Of a stretch of DNA of 64,000 nt, positions 1-9,056 are shown one piece after another. The stretch is from NCBI GenBank assembly GCA_963730935.1, contig CAVSTP010000004.1, positions 832,001-896,000 on the forward strand, read 5' to 3'. Every line of letters starts with the position of its first letter. Within the stretch, counting starts at the first letter, position 1. A program made the position numbers and the translations under genes. The stretch comes from an uncultured Nitrospiraceae bacterium. GTDB lineage: Bacteria > Nitrospirota > Nitrospiria > Nitrospirales > Nitrospiraceae. The notes beneath the pieces were generated by a model. The model was not told the DNA's origin. It saw nothing but the letters and a program-made list of their open reading frames with translations, and did not search any database.

Positions 1-801
1 GGGACTTGGCGCTTCCTCAAAACCGAACAGGCGCTGAAGGTCAGCCAAGCGAAAACACTGGAGGCCCTGCGGCAAAGCGATGCGGTCAAATCATCATTGT
101 TGTCCTCGGTCTCCCATGAGCTCCGGACGCCGCTGACGTCGATCAAATCGATGCTGTTTAGCTTGCACCATGATGGGCCGCTGAGTCGAGTGAGTGCAGA
201 TATCGTAGCCAGCATCGAGGAGCAAGTCGATTATTTAAACCGACTTGTGGGCAACCTGTTGGACATGTCTCGTCTGGACTCCGGCACGTTACAACCGCAT
301 CGTGAATGGAACATCTTGGAGGACTTGGTCGAAGGAGCGATCCGTCGCCTCGGCGTCTTTATCAAAGACCGGCCCATCGACGTACAGCTTGCGCCGGATC
401 TTCCACCCATTTCAGTGGACGCGGTGCAAGTCCAGCAGGTGCTGGTCAACCTGCTGGAGAATGCTGTGAAATTTTCCCCTCCCGGCTCATCTATCCGGCT
501 GGCCGCATCAGTCAGGGACCGAGAGCTGGAAGTGTCGGTGACAAATACCGGCGAGGGGATTCCTCCCGATGAACTCGAGAAAATCTTTGAGCGCTTCTAT
601 CGATTAGTGCCGAGACAGTCTTCGAGGCCGCCAGGAACCGGCCTTGGACTGGCTATTTGCAAAGGCATTATCGAAGCTCATGGCGGTCGGATCAGCGCTC
701 GATCAATCGGTGGCGAGACGATCTTTCTGTTCCGGCTACCTTTCACGAGTCCGATGAGCCAACACAGCATTTCCCTGCTACCGCTGGAGGGGGCGTCATG
801 A
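1..801 (+). CDS. kdpD: Sensor histidine kinase, KdpD-like C-terminal part (5' truncated by window edge)
   Basis: Frame open from base 1; HisKA SHELRTPL, HATPase NLLENAVKFS and GTGLGLAIC; overlaps kdpE-like gene. Confidence 0.75.
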   Translation, partial: GTWRFLKTEQALKVSQAKTLEALRQSDAVKSSLLSSVSHELRTPLTSIKSMLFSLHHDGPLSRVSADIVASIEEQVDYLNRLVGNLLDMSRLDSGTLQPHREWNILEDLVEGAIRRLGVFIKDRPIDVQLAPDLPPISVDAVQVQQVLVNLLENAVKFSPPGSSIRLAASVRDRELEVSVTNTGEGIPPDELEKIFERFYRLVPRQSSRPPGTGLGLAICKGIIEAHGGRISARSIGGETIFLFRLPFTSPMSQHSISLLPLEGAS

Positions 802-1496
802 CCACCGGCGCGCGCATTCTCGTCATCGATGACGAAGCACCAATTCGCAGGTGGCTCAAAGTGAATCTTGAAACTCGAGGATATACGGTCGATACGGCAG
901 AGACAGGTGAACAGGGGATCAAGGCATTAGAAAACCGGCGGCCAGACCTTCTCATCCTCGATCTGCTGATGCCAGGCATGGGTGGCATCGACGTGGTACG
1001 AAAGCTCCGTAGCGTTTCAACCATCCCTATCATCGTGTTATCAGCCATTGGAGAAGAAGCACAGAAGGTTCAGGCGCTTGAGCTCGGCGCCGACGATTAC
1101 ATGACGAAGCCCTTCGGGATGGAGGAGCTTTTCGCGCGCATACGATCGTTGTTGCGGCGGGCCGCTGGCGCCACGAGCGCCGCTCCGGTCTTCGTCGCAG
1201 GCGACCTGTCGGTGGACTTCGACCGACGGGAAGTGAGGCTCGATGGCCAACCGATCAAATTGACGCCCACCGAATATGACTTATTGAAATACATGATTGA
1301 ACATGCCGGGAAAGTGCTCACGCACCGAATGCTGCTTCAGGAAGTCTGGGGCCAAGCCTACATCGATCAGGCTCAATACCTGCGTGTGTTCGTCGGCCAG
1401 CTTAGAAAAAAAATCGAAAAACATCCTGGCCGACCGCGGTTCATCCTCACCGACCCCGGCGTCGGATACCGCTTCTGCTCAGACACGGACGATTGA
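798..1496 (+). CDS. kdpE: OmpR-family response regulator, KdpE-like
   Basis: Receiver domain plus wHTH (LTPTEYDLL, YLRVFVGQLRKKIE, TDPGVGYRF); ATG at 798 after GGAGG. Confidence 0.85.
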   Translation: MTTGARILVIDDEAPIRRWLKVNLETRGYTVDTAETGEQGIKALENRRPDLLILDLLMPGMGGIDVVRKLRSVSTIPIIVLSAIGEEAQKVQALELGADDYMTKPFGMEELFARIRSLLRRAAGATSAAPVFVAGDLSVDFDRREVRLDGQPIKLTPTEYDLLKYMIEHAGKVLTHRMLLQEVWGQAYIDQAQYLRVFVGQLRKKIEKHPGRPRFILTDPGVGYRFCSDTDD

Positions 1497-1521
1497 GTCC
1501 AAGCATCCTGTCCTTCCGAAT

Positions 1522-1539
1522 CTTTACGCCTTCTTTATG
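1522..1539 (+). promoter_or_regulatory. Possible KdpE/OmpR-type direct-repeat binding site
   Basis: CTTTAC/CTTTAT repeated at 11-bp spacing, resembling the TTTATA-N5-TTTACA KdpE box. Confidence 0.35.
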
Positions 1540-1644
1540 AGCGCCCCTCCATCTCCGTATCGAGTCCTTATGTCACGAGAGTGTAGCGTGTAGTCTCGTC
1601 AAGAGCGACGCAAGCTCTGTAAGGAGACCACTGGGGTCCGACCT

Positions 1645-2049
1645 GTGACAAATCTAATCCCGCGCATGCTCTCCATTTGGGCCATCTTTCTCGTATCCGG
1701 AACAGCGCCGTCACCAGGGGCCGTGGCCTTGGACCCTGTCATCGACATCGCGTTTCAATCGAGCGCGCCGTACTACGAGCCACCTGTGGCTGTCGTGCCA
1801 ATGGACACGCCGATTCGCTGGGTCAATGCCACGGCATCTCCCCATAGTGTTCGACACGACGCATGTATCGACGAGGAGCCATGCCCGTTTCAATCTATCG
1901 CCATCCCTCCCGATAGTAACTTCGTCGTCGCCCCCTTGCCTCCCGGTCGCTATGCCTATCACTGCGAGCTGCACCCCATCATGCGAGGCTCTCTGCTAGT
2001 CATCGACCCCTCCTCGACGCATAAGAACGATGAGAAGGGCACCCCATGA
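1645..2049 (+). CDS. Exported cupredoxin/plastocyanin-like protein
   Basis: Signal peptide; PHSV and YHCELHPIMRG copper-ligand motifs. Confidence 0.75.
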   Translation: MTNLIPRMLSIWAIFLVSGTAPSPGAVALDPVIDIAFQSSAPYYEPPVAVVPMDTPIRWVNATASPHSVRHDACIDEEPCPFQSIAIPPDSNFVVAPLPPGRYAYHCELHPIMRGSLLVIDPSSTHKNDEKGTP

Positions 2050-2107
2050 CCCGCCCAGGACCGGCTGGGCTATTGGCTGAAAACGACGGTGCCTTGGGGC
2101 GCGGCTA

Positions 2108-2509
2108 ATGTCTCGGATCCTCATTGTTGATGACGAACCGCATATCTGCGAAGCCTTACAGGACTCCCTGCAGGCCGACGGGTATGACGTGCTTGTCGCC
2201 CACGATGGTCAAGCAGCTATTGGGCTCATTGCTTTGGAAGCCCAGCGAGGCCCCATCACGGGTGCGATTTTGGACATGGAAATGCCGATCGTTCACGGCA
2301 TCGAGGTGCTTCGGCGGCTCCGAAAGCAGTATCCGGATCTTCCCATCTTGATGGTCTCGGCCAATCACGACAGGAAGATGTACGACGAGGCTATGCGCAG
2401 CGGCGCCAATGGATACTTACCCAAGCCGTTTAGTCGAAAGCATTTGGTCCATCTATGCAGCAAACTCTTTCGAGGTGGACCTCCTATTGATCCCAAGCCG
2501 GACTCATGA
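2108..2509 (+). CDS. Single-domain response regulator (CheY-like)
   Basis: ILIVDDE, LDMEMP, YLPKPF. Confidence 0.85.
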   Translation: MSRILIVDDEPHICEALQDSLQADGYDVLVAHDGQAAIGLIALEAQRGPITGAILDMEMPIVHGIEVLRRLRKQYPDLPILMVSANHDRKMYDEAMRSGANGYLPKPFSRKHLVHLCSKLFRGGPPIDPKPDS

Positions 2510-2555
2510 CGCCGTTGCTGGGCTTCGTTTGACTAGTGGGGAGAGAGCGAGAGCG

Positions 2556-2780
2556 ATGCACAAACAGAGCTCTCGGGTTGCTACTGACGATCAGATCCTT
2601 TCTGTTTGCTGTGTCTGTGGTCTCATCAGAGATGAGATGGATTCGCTCCCCGATGAGCGCTGGGTGACAATGCAAATCTTTCGACAAACTCATGGTCTAG
2701 ATTCAGCCGCTTACCGCCTCACTCACACGTACTGCCCTGCGTGTTATACCTTGTTCATGAATCGAATTGCTGCCACTTAG
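2556..2780 (+). CDS. Small hypothetical protein with CxxC...HxxCxxC motif
   Basis: VCCVCGLIRD...THTYCPAC. Confidence 0.55.
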   Translation: MHKQSSRVATDDQILSVCCVCGLIRDEMDSLPDERWVTMQIFRQTHGLDSAAYRLTHTYCPACYTLFMNRIAAT

Positions 2781-3510
2781 CAGGACTGTCTCGTTTTGTT
2801 CTCGCCAGTATGGGATTCGCCGATTTGGCTTTGCCGCTCTTCCAGACACTTCGACGAGACTCTGAGGTTTCCGTTCTGTGGCCGTGATCATCTGGGGTCT
2901 CGCCACATTCATGCTGAATTGAATTAGTATGAGAGTATTCTGTCCGATCTGGTATCTGGAAGTTATTGAAAGTATGTCATTAACCTTCTGAGTTTTATAC
3001 GGCGGTCGAAAGACAACGCTCCTGATGACTTCTCAGCGGCGGCGTAAGGGAGCTGTGAATAGTGCATTTGGCCTCCCCCATTTTAGGCAGCTCCTTGAAT
3101 TCCTTACTTCACGCGTCCTCGTCTGCTACCACGCTGCTACCAGGACAGGACAAATCAGCCCCATCTGCACCCACTTTGGAAGCATCTTCGTTGTGGTTTC
3201 TGATGGGTAGGTTGTCTGAGGCTGGACTTGCGGAAATTCGTAAACCGCAGATCCCTCATACTGTCTTGGTGCCAAGCCGGTGCCAAAACAGGAAGACACA
3301 CCATGACCCAGGATGATCTGTACTATCACGAATCTTCCACTTTCGCTGACGATTCCTCTTCCTGAATACCCGATCCTCCACGGGGTCTCCCCCTCTGCTG
3401 CGATGTCGATTTTGGTCATTGCGGACGACTATAAGTAAGGAGCAGCGTTTCATAAGCGTTCATCCTTCTGAAGAGTCCTGATTCTACTTTATAGAAAGGA
3501 GAAATTGGTC

Positions 3511-4185
3511 ATGAGAAAAGTGATTGTCAGCGCGATGGTTTCAATGGACGGCGTGATGCAGGCCCCCGGCGGACCGGAAGAAGATCCCACCGACGGTTTC
3601 AAGTTCGGCGGCTGGACCGCTTCACTGGGGGACGACCCGGTTTTCGGTGAAGAACTCGACAAGTTGTTCGGCGGGCCGTTCGACCTGCTGCTCGGGCGGC
3701 GCACCTACGATATCTTCGCCGCGTACTGGCCCTATGCCGAAGGCGGGCCGTCCGACGACATCGCCAAGACCTTCAACCGGATCACCAAGTACGTTGCAAC
3801 GCGCAAAGGCGTGGACCTGACCTGGAAAGGCTCAGTGGCGCTGCGCGACGCAACCAAGGATGTCGCGAAGCTGAAACAGGAAGACGGCCCCATCCTCCTC
3901 ACGCAAGGCAGCACGAAGCTGGTGCATGCTTTGCACGCCGCCGGCCTCGTTGACGAAATCCGCATGTTCACCTTCCCCCTGTTGCTAGGCAAGGGCAAAC
4001 GGCTGTTCAGCGGTGATAGCCAGCCGCGCGCGTTCAAACTGACGCACAGCGCCGTCTCGCCGAACGGGCTCATCGCCGCAACTTACGTGCGCGATAGCGA
4101 GGTGAAGACAGCCACCGTCGGCGGCGCGTTCGAGCCCTCCACCGCCGAGCTGGCGCGCCGCGAGAAGCTGAAGCGTGAAGATTAG
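3511..4185 (+). CDS. Dihydrofolate reductase/RibD C-terminal family protein
   Basis: SMDGVMQAPGGPEED, LLLGRRTYDIF, GKGKRLF; RBS AGGAG. Confidence 0.85.
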   Translation: MRKVIVSAMVSMDGVMQAPGGPEEDPTDGFKFGGWTASLGDDPVFGEELDKLFGGPFDLLLGRRTYDIFAAYWPYAEGGPSDDIAKTFNRITKYVATRKGVDLTWKGSVALRDATKDVAKLKQEDGPILLTQGSTKLVHALHAAGLVDEIRMFTFPLLLGKGKRLFSGDSQPRAFKLTHSAVSPNGLIAATYVRDSEVKTATVGGAFEPSTAELARREKLKRED

Positions 4186-4264
4186 GGCGTGAGGCTCGAA
4201 ATGCGGTAGCGCATGTCCGTAGTAGAAAAGTGGACATTCTAATTTTTAGAAACATACTCATCAA

Positions 4265-4290
4265 ACAACCATCTCGCGGCAGCGGGCCGG
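4265..4290 (+). repeat. Array repeat copy (internal deletion)
   Basis: ACAACCATCTCGCGGCAGCGGGCCGG. Confidence 0.75.
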
Positions 4291-4312
4291 CTCCTTGCCT
4301 TCCGCAATGCAG

Positions 4313-4945
4313 TCAAAGTGCTTGCCGAGAGGCTTCCTGAGTTTCGATCACAACGCCGATCAAGCGAGCATCTCCGGGCATGTCATCAAGCACTACGCTG
4401 CTATTCGCGTCACGACTGACTCTGATATGCCATACGTCATTGTTCGCTGCAGGCGCTGGCTCGGTCACGTTGATGACGAGCGCAGTATTGAGGTGCTTGG
4501 TCGATTTCTTCGCCTGATCTGAGGCGCAGTGATGGGCAGTTCGCCTGAGAGAAGCGCCACCCTCACGCTTGAGATCAGTCGCAGTAACGAGTTCTACACA
4601 CCATCCTACTGAACCGATCGTGGACGCCGCTTGCCACATGATCGTGACATTGAGCTTCCCCCTAAATTGTCCAGGCAATGTGAACGGAACAATCGCGCTT
4701 TGAACCTCGTCGGCATCGAAGCTAAGTACCCCTTTCCTCACATCATTGCGTACCACGCAAGCAGGGGTTGGGGAGTTACCATCAGCAAGCGTCCATTCCG
4801 TCTTGGCGGTGGAACCGTGGCAATGCGCAGCAGAGAATGAGCTTTCCTCTTTACGAGGGCTCTTCACTTCAGCTCCCGAATCTAAGACGCTGAGCAGTGT
4901 GACTGACAGCACTATCAATCCAACGACGGACGCTAGGGGCTTCAT
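4313..4945 (-). CDS. Exported hypothetical protein
   Basis: ORF with N-terminal hydrophobic signal; ends 23 bp from repeat. Confidence 0.6.
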   Translation of the reverse strand: MKPLASVVGLIVLSVTLLSVLDSGAEVKSPRKEESSFSAAHCHGSTAKTEWTLADGNSPTPACVVRNDVRKGVLSFDADEVQSAIVPFTLPGQFRGKLNVTIMWQAASTIGSVGWCVELVTATDLKREGGASLRRTAHHCASDQAKKSTKHLNTALVINVTEPAPAANNDVWHIRVSRDANSSVVLDDMPGDARLIGVVIETQEASRQAL

Positions 4946-5051
4946 GACAAGCTTCCCTCTTCGTCGAGGCAACGACCGGAAGTCTACGCTCAACGCAATC
5001 CCAGAGCAACCATTGCAGTCTTGAGGAAAGGAAAGAGGACATTCTCCTCCC

Positions 5052-5419
5052 TCAGCTTGTCGTTAGCTCCTTGAAGATCCGCTCCGCTTCCGGTTTATAT
5101 TTTCGCTCCCACGTATATCGGTAATGGGGATACTCGGCATGAACCACAGCTTCCACTTGCTTTCTTGCATCCTCGATTCTCCCCTGCTTCCTGTAGAGCT
5201 TGGCAAGAAGGATCCTTGCGTTAGCGTAATTCCCGTCGGCCGCAATAGCCCGTTCGAAATACTCTTGAGCTTTCTTTTCACTGCCGCCCAGGAACCGAGG
5301 GAGCTCCAGCAACATCCCACCCATCATCTGTAGGGATTGCGCATGCTTGGGGTTGATTTCGATCGCGCGCGTTACACAGCTCTCAGCTCATTGATCACGA
5401 GCGAAAGATACACCGCTTA
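5052..5419 (-). pseudogene. 3' fragment of a TPR-repeat protein, cut at the repeat
   Basis: RAIEINPKHAQSLQMMGGMLLELP...AQEYFERAIAADGNY TPR-like; frameshift near 5380; no start codon, coding-like sequence runs up to the repeat. Confidence 0.6.
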
Positions 5420-5448
5420 ACAACCATCTTGCGGCGCGTGCGGACCGG
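5420..5448 (+). repeat. Array repeat copy
   Basis: ACAACCATCTTGCGGCGCGTGCGGACCGG. Confidence 0.8.
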
Positions 5449-5498
5449 CTTGTTCCTCGCCTCCCTGCCCTCACCGCTCATCGCACCTCACACCGCGG

Positions 5499-5527
5499 TA
5501 GACCCCGCCGACGTGAAAATGTAGAAT
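5499..5527 (+). promoter_or_regulatory. Sigma70-like promoter downstream of repeat
   Basis: TAGACC-N17-TAGAAT. Confidence 0.55.
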
Positions 5528-5559
5528 GGCCTGGCGTTTTTTTGCAGGGCCATCCCCTC

Positions 5560-5883
5560 ATGAACGAACTATTCGAACGCTATCCGTTTCTTCGCGTGCT
5601 TTCAAAGTGCACGCACCTTGACTATTCCTCCTTGATGGTGCCACAAGGTCCACTGTCCGCATCACTGGGACAATTCGACAGCATTCATCGCTGTCATTCC
5701 ATTGTGTATCAGACCTGTAAGGATGCTCGCATCCCGCTTCGCGCGCAGTTGTGCCGCTACCTTCAACCTGCGTTCCTGAAGGCGGAGGCTGTACAGGCGC
5801 TCCAAGACCTCGAATCGTCGTTGCCCGACGACACAGCCATTGTCGCGTACGCAGCACCACTGCAAATCAGAGTAAAGACCTAG
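5560..5883 (+). CDS. Hypothetical protein
   Basis: ORF fills the unit between promoter and next repeat. Confidence 0.5.
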   Translation: MNELFERYPFLRVLSKCTHLDYSSLMVPQGPLSASLGQFDSIHRCHSIVYQTCKDARIPLRAQLCRYLQPAFLKAEAVQALQDLESSLPDDTAIVAYAAPLQIRVKT

Positions 5884-5903
5884 AGGGTGGGGATGTCGAC
5901 TAG

Positions 5904-6029
5904 GCGGCGCGTGGCGGGCTCCTTTCCTCTCCTCTTCATTCCTCTCACCTGCATAGATCAAACCTCTGAGAAGAAGTAGAATACACTCCCTTTCTGCCTC
6001 GCAACGGATCATTCACGGAGGGCACCATG
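5904..6029 (+). repeat. Repeat core plus promoter/RBS leader, duplicated at 19588-19717
   Basis: GCGGCGCGTGGCGGGC followed by TAGATC-N17-TAGAAT and GGAGGGCACCATG. Confidence 0.85.
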
Positions 6030-6281
6030 CTGGACTGCGTGACGTGCAAGTGGATTAAATGGAGTGCGAGCATCCCCGTTGTCTTGCTCTTCGGTGCCGC
6101 TGGCTTCCTAGTCCTCGCGCAGGTCGCTGTGGCTCAGGATAATGCGCCCGCTGTTCTCCTCGACCTCTACCTGGCGACCTGGTCGTATATTTTGGCCGTC
6201 GCCGGCGTAGCACTTCTCACAGGCTGGTGGCTGTGGAAATCGATCCACATGCGGACTGCACATGCGCTTCGGCCATGTTGA
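6027..6281 (+). CDS. Small two-TM membrane protein
   Basis: Two hydrophobic segments; RBS GGAGG. Confidence 0.6.
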   Translation: MLDCVTCKWIKWSASIPVVLLFGAAGFLVLAQVAVAQDNAPAVLLDLYLATWSYILAVAGVALLTGWWLWKSIHMRTAHALRPC

Positions 6282-6290
6282 AGGAATAAG

Positions 6291-6327
6291 AAAAGGTGTC
6301 AGGAACCGTTCCGGCGCGTGCCGGGCC
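6291..6327 (+). repeat. Array repeat copy with AAAAGGTGTCAGGAACC upstream motif
   Basis: AAAAGGTGTCAGGAACCGTTCCGGCGCGTGCCGGGCC. Confidence 0.85.
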
Positions 6328-6452
6328 CCGTTTCCTCGATTTAGAACGTGGTAGGCGTGTCCACCGACATGTCCTCGCGGGATCCGGGGCATGGCCGCGC
6401 ACAGTACGCGAACCAGCATTTTCGGTGCAAGAAAAAGTAGCCTGTCCCCTTT
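6327..6452 (-). mobile_element. Remnant of Y1 HUH transposase (RAYT/IS200-like): upstream motif plus first 22 codons
   Basis: ATG at 6392 gives MPRIPRGHVGGHAYHVLNRGNG, then runs into the repeat; AAAGGGGACAGGCTACTTTT at 6452-6433. Confidence 0.75.
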
Positions 6453-6457
6453 AAAAA

Positions 6458-6703
6458 CTATTGCTCATAATTCTCGACGACCTGCGGCGGGCGAACTTGT
6501 GCGTCGTCAGGGTCGAGCCCGACATCGCGAAGGGCACGTCGCTGGCGCAAGAGGTCCCAGCACTGATCCAGTTCGACTTGGACTTGCGCGAGCCGCTTAA
6601 GATCGGCTTTGGGAAGTTTCCCTTGCTGGTACAATCGCTGTTCCTCTGCGACAAGGCGCTGAATATAATTGAGGACCGGCTGATCCCTGACTCGATTCTC
6701 CAC
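6458..6703 (-). CDS. DUF2630 family protein
   Basis: IQRLVAEE...VELDQCWDLLRQRRA...VVENYEQ; true start possibly GTG at 6688. Confidence 0.8.
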   Translation of the reverse strand: MENRVRDQPVLNYIQRLVAEEQRLYQQGKLPKADLKRLAQVQVELDQCWDLLRQRRALRDVGLDPDDAQVRPPQVVENYEQ

Positions 6704-6811
6704 GAGAGCCTCCTCTCACGCGGATATGATCGAAACGGCACGATTTTATGTTACGCCCCACCGAAATTGGGGTCAACCGAAGCTGACCAACATGATGTTC
6801 CCAGTGAACAG

Positions 6812-6845
6812 AAAGACGGGGCCATCTGCATTTCGCGGCGCGTGG
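6812..6845 (+). repeat. Array repeat copy
   Basis: AAAGACGGGGCCATCTGCATTTCGCGGCGCGTGG. Confidence 0.8.
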
Positions 6846-6927
6846 TACTCAGATGCACTCGGCCTATCCCAGCCGGGGTTTGCGGGATTTCAAAACTTTG
6901 GCTAGAGTAGCTAGGATGAGTAGGAGT

Positions 6928-7218
6928 ATGGCGTCTTTTTCACTCGTGAAAACTATCGCAGTGCTTTTTGCCCTGTTCACCCTGACGTCATGCATCGATG
7001 CCCCCCGGACAGAATTCATGGGACCGAACGGCAAAATGGTCTATGCCATCTCATGTCAGACAATGGATGATTGCGCGACAGAGGCGCGGGAATTTTGCCC
7101 AAGTGGACACAACATCGTTCCCGCTGCGTCTGGAGCAGGTGACACGACGGCGAGAGGTGGAATTGGCGGCACGCCTGAAAGAAGGCTACTAATCGAGTGT
7201 AAAGCACCATCGCCCTAA
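6928..7218 (+). CDS. Putative lipoprotein
   Basis: Lipobox LTSC; RBS AGGAG. Confidence 0.65.
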   Translation: MASFSLVKTIAVLFALFTLTSCIDAPRTEFMGPNGKMVYAISCQTMDDCATEAREFCPSGHNIVPAASGAGDTTARGGIGGTPERRLLIECKAPSP

Positions 7219-7253
7219 GTCGCTCTCTTCTTTTTTGGACTTGTGGGGATAAG

Positions 7254-7298
7254 AAAAGGAGACAGGCAGCATTCTGAATCTCGCGGCGCGTGGCGGGC
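7254..7298 (+). repeat. Array repeat copy
   Basis: AAAAGGAGACAGGCAGCATTCTGAATCTCGCGGCGCGTGGCGGGC. Confidence 0.85.
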
Positions 7299-7487
7299 TA
7301 GCGACTCCTCGCCTCCCCCACTCCGCTCACGCCAACCCGATGGATACAACACCTAATATGCACCACATCCCAACGAGACAACTGCTGACTGTTGCATTGA
7401 CAGGGTCGAGTAAACTCAGTAGCCTTCCCTAGCCTGGATCCACAGACGCGCTTCATCGGCATTCTACCTCTTCCAAAGGAGGCTTCG

Positions 7488-7871
7488 ATGGCCACGTTCA
7501 TGCGTCCCTATGCCGCTCAGTCGTACGCGCTCCTGCGAATCGTGACCGGCTTTCTTTTTCTCTGGCACGGGACCCAAAAACTATTGAGTATCCCCACACC
7601 TCCGCCGCCTCAAATCCCATCGTTCGTCATTGCGATTGCAGGTCCGATTGAACTCATCGGCGGCACGTTGGTAATGCTCGGGCTGTTTACAGGATGGGCG
7701 GCGTTTCTCTGCAGCGGGCTCATGGCGTTCGCGTATTGGATGGCCCACGGCACAAACGCCCCTCTACCCATTCAGAATATGGGCGAGTTAGCTGCACTGT
7801 ACTGCTTCGTATTCTTGTATATCTCTACTCAAGGCTCAGGCATCTGGAGTGTGGACGCTGTACGAAAGTAG
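7488..7871 (+). CDS. DoxX family membrane protein
   Basis: LLRIVTGFLFLWHGTQKL, GSGIWSVD; promoter TTGACA-N17-TAGCCT at 7397-7425. Confidence 0.85.
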   Translation: MATFMRPYAAQSYALLRIVTGFLFLWHGTQKLLSIPTPPPPQIPSFVIAIAGPIELIGGTLVMLGLFTGWAAFLCSGLMAFAYWMAHGTNAPLPIQNMGELAALYCFVFLYISTQGSGIWSVDAVRK

Positions 7872-7957
7872 ACCTGACAGCACCAAAATGCCTGGCTCGT
7901 GAGAGACACGCCTGCGAAATCTAGTGATAAATCATCGTGCGGATGATGGCCGGAGTT

Positions 7958-7993
7958 GTGTCAGGAACCGTCCTGCGGCGCGTGCCTGACCGG
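7958..7993 (+). repeat. Array repeat copy
   Basis: GTGTCAGGAACCGTCCTGCGGCGCGTGCCTGACCGG. Confidence 0.75.
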
Positions 7994-8137
7994 CTTGGTC
8001 GCGCGTACCCTCGCCTCCTCGCGTAATCCCTCCCCCGTTCAATTCTCTCAAAAAGTAGCAAGTTCCAATTCTTTTGCTATGCTTTTCTGAAGCATACGCC
8101 TGAACTGATCCGGCACGTCCAGCAGAGGTGAAAACCA

Positions 8138-8989
8138 ATGATGAATGATCGACGATGGAGAATGGTTTCCTGGCTCAACCTCGCGATCGTGGGACTCCTG
8201 ACGTTCACATCGGGAATCGTCCATGCCAATGAGATATCAGATCAAGTGTTGATGGCCGCTGCACAAATTGGAAAGGTGGATGCCGTGAAACGTTTGTTAG
8301 CCGAAGGGGCAAATATAGAGACGACCGACCAACACGGCAGGACCGCCCTTGATGTGGCTATCGCATTCGATCAAACAGACGTGGTGAAGTTGTTGCTGAC
8401 GGCTGGGGCCAATGTAAATGCGGGAACCGGCAATCGAAAGACTGCTTTGCACATAGCCGCCGCATCCGGGAAGACCGACATCGTGAAAGCGGTACTCGAT
8501 GCCGGGGCACGAGTCGATGTTGCCGATCAGGACGGCAATGAACCCCTTCACATCGCTGTGGCCAACCCAACAAACGGACAAATTGTGAAGGATCTGCTTC
8601 ACGCAGGAGCAAGAGTGGATGTGGCAAACAACGATGGCATGCAACCTATACACCTGGCTGCTCGGTCTGCAGGCGCGGGCACCGTCCAGACGCTCCTCGA
8701 CTCCGGTGCAAAGTCAGATGCAGTCGATCTTCACGGCCTGCGGCCCCTGCATCTAGTCGCACAAGGAGGCGCACAGAAAATCAAAGCATCTCGCACGTCC
8801 GCTAACAGTCTCACGAAGTTGCTCTACGGATGGGAATATACGATGGTCGTGAAGGTGCTGCTCTCCGGCGGTGCAAGCCTCGACGTGGAGGATAAAACGG
8901 GCAGACGCCCTATAGATTATGCTTCCGAAGGCGGCTTTTCCGAAATGGTTGACCTCTTGCTAGCCGCAGGCGCCAAACCACCGCGTTAG
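8138..8989 (+). CDS. Exported ankyrin-repeat protein
   Basis: Signal peptide; repeated G-TALH-AA...LL-AGA-V motifs. Confidence 0.9.
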   Translation: MMNDRRWRMVSWLNLAIVGLLTFTSGIVHANEISDQVLMAAAQIGKVDAVKRLLAEGANIETTDQHGRTALDVAIAFDQTDVVKLLLTAGANVNAGTGNRKTALHIAAASGKTDIVKAVLDAGARVDVADQDGNEPLHIAVANPTNGQIVKDLLHAGARVDVANNDGMQPIHLAARSAGAGTVQTLLDSGAKSDAVDLHGLRPLHLVAQGGAQKIKASRTSANSLTKLLYGWEYTMVVKVLLSGGASLDVEDKTGRRPIDYASEGGFSEMVDLLLAAGAKPPR

Positions 8990-9016
8990 ACTGTGTCCTC
9001 CTGCGAAAAGCAACGA

Positions 9017-9051
9017 TGCCAGAAACCGTTTCGCGGCGCGTGGCGGGCCGG
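9017..9051 (+). repeat. Array repeat copy
   Basis: TGCCAGAAACCGTTTCGCGGCGCGTGGCGGGCCGG. Confidence 0.9.
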
Positions 9052-9056
9052 CCGTC

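Noticed and set aside
3001..3040. Hammerhead- or riboswitch-like words (GTCGAAAGAC, CTGATGA)
   Set aside because: Spacing cannot accommodate the required stems and the fluoride-riboswitch 5' motif is absent.
3025..3453. Short overlapping ORFs between 2780 and 3511
   Set aside because: No motifs or convincing RBS; possibly a decayed gene, but not supportable.
6108..6419. 103-aa ORF as an intact gene
   Set aside because: Chimera: only 22 codons are transposase-like; the rest is repeat sequence and the antisense of the 6027-6281 gene.
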